Below are positions 59,907-64,000 of a stretch of 64,000 nt of DNA, piece by piece. The stretch spans positions 326,926,001-326,990,000 of the forward strand of contig OZ024741.1 of NCBI GenBank assembly GCA_964016885.1, given 5' to 3'. A model generated the notes under the pieces. That model did not search any database. It saw only the letters and a list, made by a program, of their open reading frames with translations, and was not told where the DNA came from. This DNA is from Eledone cirrhosa (Eukaryota). Each line of letters starts with the position of its first letter. Within the stretch, counting starts at the first letter, position 1. The translations under genes were made by a program, and so were the position numbers.

Positions 59907-60301
59907 ATATATATATATAAATATATATATATAGTATATATATATAATATAATATAAGTAGAAGGGGTATTTAATTTGTTGGAAGTCCGACCAATATAAA
60001 TGTTTATAACTGATTTAGAGCTCTCAACCGTTACTGGAGTAAATATTCAATGATATTTAATAAATGGGAACTATATTTATAAAACCATATTTATTTTATT
60101 ATATATATTTCAAGGGTACCAAGACACATTGGTACGCTTTCATCAGATACAGGACAAGTTTGTTTTATAAATAGAAACATACCCATGAAAATCATACAGT
60201 GAATATCCAACCGATAAGGTATGATTTTCATATGTACGTCACTATTTATAAAACAAACTTTGTATTCTATCTGATGAGTGCGTACAAATGTGTCTTGGAA
60301 C

Positions 60302-60398
<97 letters not shown>

Positions 60399-60674
60399 GA
60401 ATTGGTGCTCTGAAATAGCGTTGTATATATGAATGTATATATAGTCTATTTGGTAATACACTGTATACTTAATTAGAAGCATTTTGAAGAACTTGCCGTA
60501 TTGTTTTAAATTAGTGACTAAGTCACTTACATCTTTTTTCAACAAACAGAGGGAGATAAGCTGACTTCCTTTGTTATACACACACACACACACACACACA
60601 TTCACACACACTGTGTGTGTGTGTATTATGTATATATATATATATATTTATATATATGTATACATATATGTATG

Positions 60675-60758
<84 letters not shown>

Positions 60759-61059
60759 CAACACGAGTTGGCGCGAAATTTATAGTGCTTATTCACGTGA
60801 CAATTAAAAACAAACCAAATCTTAATACCTCCCAACCCACTTTTTTCACATAAAATAGGAAGAATTTGCAAAACTGATCAGGTTAGGACAAAAATCACGA
60901 GCACTCTATTTCAAAATTATTTCTGAAAAGCATAAGTAATACGCAAACGGTAATAACTTAAAGCTAAAATTGTATACTAACTAATACCTATTACTCATTT
61001 ATACTTATTTCTAATTAAACTATTCTTCACTGGGAAAAATTTGTCAGCATTTTCTTTTC

Positions 61060-61209
<150 letters not shown>

Positions 61210-61685
61210 TATGTGTGTGTCTGTTGAGTGTCTGCAAGTAACCATTTTTTTAAAGATTGCTTACTAACCCAGTTACGTACAGACAATACAGTCATTTATT
61301 CCTGTATTAAATCGTCTCAGCAGCAGAACAATAACAGTACAATAGATCTATTCATACATTGTTGGATCAATCACATATACAGAAATAAAATTAAAATACG
61401 GCAAACAATACAGTGTAACATATACAGAAATATAAACACCTTTGAGACAATATATTTAGTAGGTATCACTTTGTCTAAGATTTTATATAATCATTTCCGC
61501 TATGAAAATGTCGGAAAGTATGAATAAGAGTCCACAATATCCTACATAAGTACGGTGCAAATTAAATGTCTTTTGTGATCTATACACACACGGACACACA
61601 CACGAACAAAGACACCCACAGAGTGATCTATACACACACACGAACAAAGACACACACAGAAACATATATGCATGTATGTATACCT

Positions 61686-62148
61686 GAAGCAAACGGAAAA
61701 TATCGAATAGATATACATACTGTCTCAATACCTATTTCATCTCTCGGACAGATTAGAGATTTGATCTGTTTCGCCTTGAAAATTGTGTTTGTAACAGATC
61801 ATCCATAGGCTTTCCTCGGCGAGAGATACGATGAAATGGAACAAACATATACAAATAAAAGCCACACGAGTGAATATCTCACCAACTTAAGTTGGTTGTA
61901 TTAAGGCTATTGTTTTTAGCATATCCACTACACCACTTCTAATCTCCAGCGCACGAGGTGAGATATTCACTTGTATGGCTTTTAGTTGTGTGTTTGTTCC
62001 ATTTGATCTAATCTCTCGCTGAGGAAAGCCTACGGATTATCTATTACAAACAGAAAATTCAGGGCGAAACAGATTAAATCTGTCCGAGAGATGAAATAGT
62101 TATTGTGACGGCCTGTATATATCTATTCTATACTTTCCGTTTGCTTCC
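61686..62148. repeat. Fold-back cassette carrying two hammerheads
   Basis: Arms ~61686-61883 and ~61957-62148; minus copy 61739-61827 has core CCGAGGA. Confidence 0.85.
62011..62092 (+). ncRNA. Full type I hammerhead with three stems
   Basis: ATCTCTCG-CTGAGGA-aaGCC...GGC-GAAA-CAGAT taa ATCTG-TC-CGAGAGAT; predicted cut after 62084. Confidence 0.85.
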
Positions 62149-62555
62149 GATTAAATTTATCAAACCAATGTGGTCTTTCAACCCTCGGAATTTTAGACAC
62201 ACGATTTACTGTGTTTATTTTTATATATATTATTTATATATACTTTGAGTATTTATACGTTGAGCTTGTTAATTATAGGGTATCAATATGAGTTAGTAAC
62301 TCTGTATTTTATTTTCATGTATGTATATATGTATTTAAAAATGTATATGTGTATGTATGTATGTTTGTATATATATATATGTATGAATCTTTATATGCAT
62401 ATGTGAATGTATATGTGTGTATCTGTAGGTTCACCCGGGTGAGCACTCGATGTTTAGGTTCACTTCAGTGTCGAGGTGTAGAGTTAGACAGAGTGTATTA
62501 TAGTGAAATAAAATAACAAGGACGATTGGTTACTCCTTCATTACGTTTAGTGGTT

Positions 62556-62639
62556 GGTGACGCGCGTTTCGCCACTGATCGACTCAAGGTTTGATCTGTA
62601 ATCGATCACCCTGCTCTGTAATCCGCGACTCGTCAGCCC
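62556..62639 (-). ncRNA. Type I hammerhead, long stem II
   Basis: GGG-CTGACGA-GTCGC...GTGGC-GAAA-CGCGCG-TC-ACC; first stem I pair mismatched. Confidence 0.7.
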
Positions 62640-62697
62640 CCTTGTAATGGTAATGGAAAAATGAATATATATATACACAGTATATATATATATATAA

Positions 62698-62891
62698 TGT
62701 CAGGTCACTCTCGAGTGCTACTGGTAACATGTAACATAGTACAACCTGTCTCATGGTCGGGTCGTCGGTGATTAAACCAACAATCCCACCAAGCTTGCTT
62801 GATGAGGAGTGTGATGTGTGGACACCCTGCGGGATAAAATAAAAGACCAATCAAAGGGCGGAGAACTGAGCAGAGTCAACGGCCATCCAAA
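62698..62891 (+). mobile_element. Family B 5' fragment, diverged
   Basis: tgtcaggtcactctcgagtgctactggtaacatg... directly after (TA)n. Confidence 0.7.
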
Positions 62892-63056
62892 TAGTAGTAG
62901 TACTTTTTTTTTCACCTGGGAGTAAAAGGCCCGCATTTGTTGTCACAAAACCTTTTTAAGAGAGGGGAACTCTGGAATAAAAAAAACCTGCGGCTTCAAA
63001 AGCATATGGTGATGTTGACCAGTTCTCCTTTCCTTTTCGGTTAATGTTTTCGATGC

Positions 63057-63115
<59 letters not shown>

Positions 63116-63339
63116 TTGGTGTGCAATGCCTAAAGCCTCCGTAAGCGGTATGCCATTTGAGCACTCGATGCTCTTACAGAGCAGAGTATAATATCACACA
63201 AGAAACGGAGAATCAGTGATGCTACGAATATGATTTATTAGACATATTACAATCGCTTCTCTGGTGACCAGCTCGAGTCACGCTCGATGCAATATTCAAA
63301 CCTGACTCTAAAATCACAAGATATCTCTCGATTCTTATC

Positions 63340-63399
<60 letters not shown>

Positions 63400-63403
<4 letters not shown>

Positions 63404-63655
63404 GAATAAAAATAGACCGAGAAACAAAAATGTCCGTCATCAGTAGCCTACTGATTATCATTGGTATTTCTTCGCATTAAAGACTAGATACCTAAAATCA
63501 GTGCGAGCGATAACTAAATTAAGTTATCGGGACAGAGGAAAACAGAGGAAAGGAAACAAACAACATGGAAGTAATGCAGCGAAGAAATACCAATGATAAT
63601 CAGCAGACTACTGATGACGGACATTCTTGTTTCTCGGTCTATTTTTATTCATATG
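63400..63655. repeat. Fold-back cassette, family of 9961-10408
   Basis: 63400-63476 is the reverse complement of ~63579-63653; (TA)n flanks. Confidence 0.8.
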
Positions 63656-63692
63656 TTCATATTCGCAAAAACGCTGCACGCCATTTTTCATT

Positions 63693-63904
<212 letters not shown>

Positions 63905-64000
63905 ATAATGCTCCTGAAATGTTGAGCACTTCAAAATGTAATAATGAACAGCGGCATGGGACTGAATATATCTAACCACAATTCGAACTTTGGCTACCCG

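Overview
AT-rich, microsatellite-dense eukaryotic DNA. The SINE families and (TA)n/(CA)n load suggest a cephalopod (Octopus-like) genome; this is an inference. No intact host gene is visible, and most short ORFs are (TA)n/(CA)n artefacts. The window is a transposon graveyard: many Penelope-like element (PLE) remnants (RT and/or GIY-YIG), a decayed near full-length Tx1/L1-clade LINE, a Chapaev3-type DNA transposon with TIRs and a TAA TSD, Helitron PIF1 fragments with a hairpin-CTAG end, an RTE-like LINE fragment with a 5' inversion, and tRNA-derived SINEs. The main hidden layer is RNA structure. About 20 intact, variant or partial type I hammerhead ribozyme motifs from roughly 10 sequence families can be read by eye. 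Most have a palindromic mini stem III, some show a U3:A8 core swap or stem I covariation, and many sit in short non-coding fold-back cassettes next to (TA)n tracts. A separate ~600-bp TG...CA element has a candidate structured 5' leader. All folds were judged by eye and coordinates of decayed repeats are approximate.
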